A stretch of DNA of 60,479 bases, filler included. It is 6 parts of 6 records of this genome, joined end to end, with 100 filler letters (N's around TTAATTAATTAA, not from the genome) between each part and the next. Parts side by side here need not be neighbours in the genome. Positions count along the whole stretch, not along the records: positions 53,597 to 60,479 come from SRR31156797_23478; 5 more parts are not named here. One strand, given 5' to 3'. Positions 59,383-60,479 of the stretch are shown piece after piece. The notes below the pieces were generated by a model. The model did no database searches and was not told where the DNA came from. It saw only the letters and a program-made list of their open reading frames with translations. Position 1 is the stretch's first letter. Every line of letters starts with the position of its first letter. Position numbers and translations under genes: made by a program.

Positions 59383-60462
59383 TTATCCTTTCACAGGAAG
59401 GGGAATGCCCCACTCCCGTCCCAGCTGATCAAGCTTGTCTATTACAACCTGGCTGATCTCCACGCCCTGTTCAATGGATTTTTCATAGGCTTCCCGCTCT
59501 TTCAAGCCGGCATAATAAACCCGTGACGCCCCCTCCGCGCACTCTGCGCTTCTGAGTTCTCCGAGCATGGAGTCCATGTTTCTTTTGAACGTGAGAGCCT
59601 CGCAAAACAGATCGATTTTTATCGCTCCGAAGCAATGGCTGACCCTGGCTGAAGAGCCTCCCGTATCAAATATATGGGAGCCCCAATCCGAAGCAGAGAG
59701 CATTCCGGTCATGATGTCCACCAGAACAGCCAGGCCGTAGCCCTTGTGGCCTCCATTCGTTTCTGAATCACCGCCCAGGGGAACAAGCCCTCCTCCCTTT
59801 CTATGAAACATGTCATCCAGAAGCCTGCCAGGTTCCCCAGCGGCTATGCCTTGCGCGTCAACCGCCCATCCGGGAAGAATCCTTTTGCTTTCCCGGTTGT
59901 AAAGCTCTATTTTACCCCGGGTCACTGCTGTTGTTGACATATCCAGTACAAAGGCTTTTTCCTGAAGAGCCGGCACCGCGAAGGCTAATGGATTCGTACC
60001 GAACATTACCTTTTTGCCGAAAGTCGGTACGCCGAGAGCCGCCGTGTTGGTCATGGAAAACCCGATCATGTCGTGTTCCAGTGCGAGCATCGCATAGTAG
60101 CCGGCTATCCCGTAGTGGTTGGAGTTCTTTACGATACCCATGGCCATACCGGACGATTCCGCTTTCCCGATGACGTTCATCATGGTCCTGTGGGAGACCG
60201 GCGCGCCCAATGACCCTTCAGCATCTACAAGAAGCGAAACGGGGCTCTGTCTGATAATGGTCTCAGACCCTGTCTTCTTCATCAGGCCTTCACGTATCCC
60301 ATTGATATAGCGATCCAGACGGGCAACGCCATGCGACGGAATCCCTCTCATGTCGGCTGTCACAAGGACATCCGCTGATATGGACGCATCCCCCTCTCCT
60401 ATCCCATTCGCCTTGAACACGGCGGTGCAGAAGCCTTTCAGATCTTTGTTGTCAATAACCAT
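59383..60462 (-). CDS. Ldh_2 family (type 2 malate/L-lactate/ureidoglycolate) dehydrogenase
   Basis: AD.RG..SHG..RL..Y, SNHYG.AG.Y, GTNP.A, LDMSTT, GHKGYGL. Confidence 0.93.
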   Translation of the reverse strand: MVIDNKDLKGFCTAVFKANGIGEGDASISADVLVTADMRGIPSHGVARLDRYINGIREGLMKKTGSETIIRQSPVSLLVDAEGSLGAPVSHRTMMNVIGKAESSGMAMGIVKNSNHYGIAGYYAMLALEHDMIGFSMTNTAALGVPTFGKKVMFGTNPLAFAVPALQEKAFVLDMSTTAVTRGKIELYNRESKRILPGWAVDAQGIAAGEPGRLLDDMFHRKGGGLVPLGGDSETNGGHKGYGLAVLVDIMTGMLSASDWGSHIFDTGGSSARVSHCFGAIKIDLFCEALTFKRNMDSMLGELRSAECAEGASRVYYAGLKEREAYEKSIEQGVEISQVVIDKLDQLGREWGIPLPVKG

Positions 60463-60479
60463 TATTCAGTAAAGTCCCT

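Noticed and set aside
1-60479. tRNA, rRNA, CRISPR arrays, transposases, integrases
   Set aside because: None were recognised by eye. An Infernal or tRNAscan run would be needed to exclude small RNAs.

Overview
The window is not one locus. It is six unrelated contig fragments joined by five identical 100-nt artificial spacers (44 N + TTAATTAATTAA + 44 N). (1) 1-12759, Spirochaetales-like: a sugar catabolism operon (Fe-ADH, divergent DeoC-like aldolase, FGGY kinase, CUT2 ABC importer with one frameshifted permease), an isomerase/epimerase, a membrane-anchored AraC regulator and a CUT1 binding protein. (2) 12860-21907, Desulfobacterota-like, all on the minus strand: secreted PHB-depolymerase-type esterase, an AT-rich SPFH gene flanked by a ~40-bp direct repeat, patatin, a small hypothetical, a TPR-methyltransferase, then T6SS spike genes (vgrG, DUF6484-like, TIGR02270-like). 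(3) 22008-32842, Desulfobacterota core genes: lptE, leuS, rne/rng, yajC-secD-secF, cpoB, dprA, topA. (4) 32943-43727, low-GC Campylobacterota/Arcobacter-like: UvrD/Rep helicase, gdhA, CxxCH-GGDEF-EAL, lpxB, GH73, dapF, nifS-nifU, ABC exporter. (5) 43828-53496: group II Mo-nitrogenase cluster nifD-K-E-N-B-fdx-nifV, a Cys-rich unknown and a deleted hydrolase. (6) 53597-60479, Spirochaetales-like: Ldh_2 dehydrogenase, FadR, GH13 alpha-glucosidase and an alpha-glucoside ABC importer. The best novelty candidates are the PhaZ + patatin polyester module with its repeat-flanked SPFH insert beside T6SS genes, the divergent DERA/FGGY/ADH sugar pathway, and the glucosidase + hydroxyacid dehydrogenase operon. 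Taxonomic and family calls come from motif recognition, not database searches.
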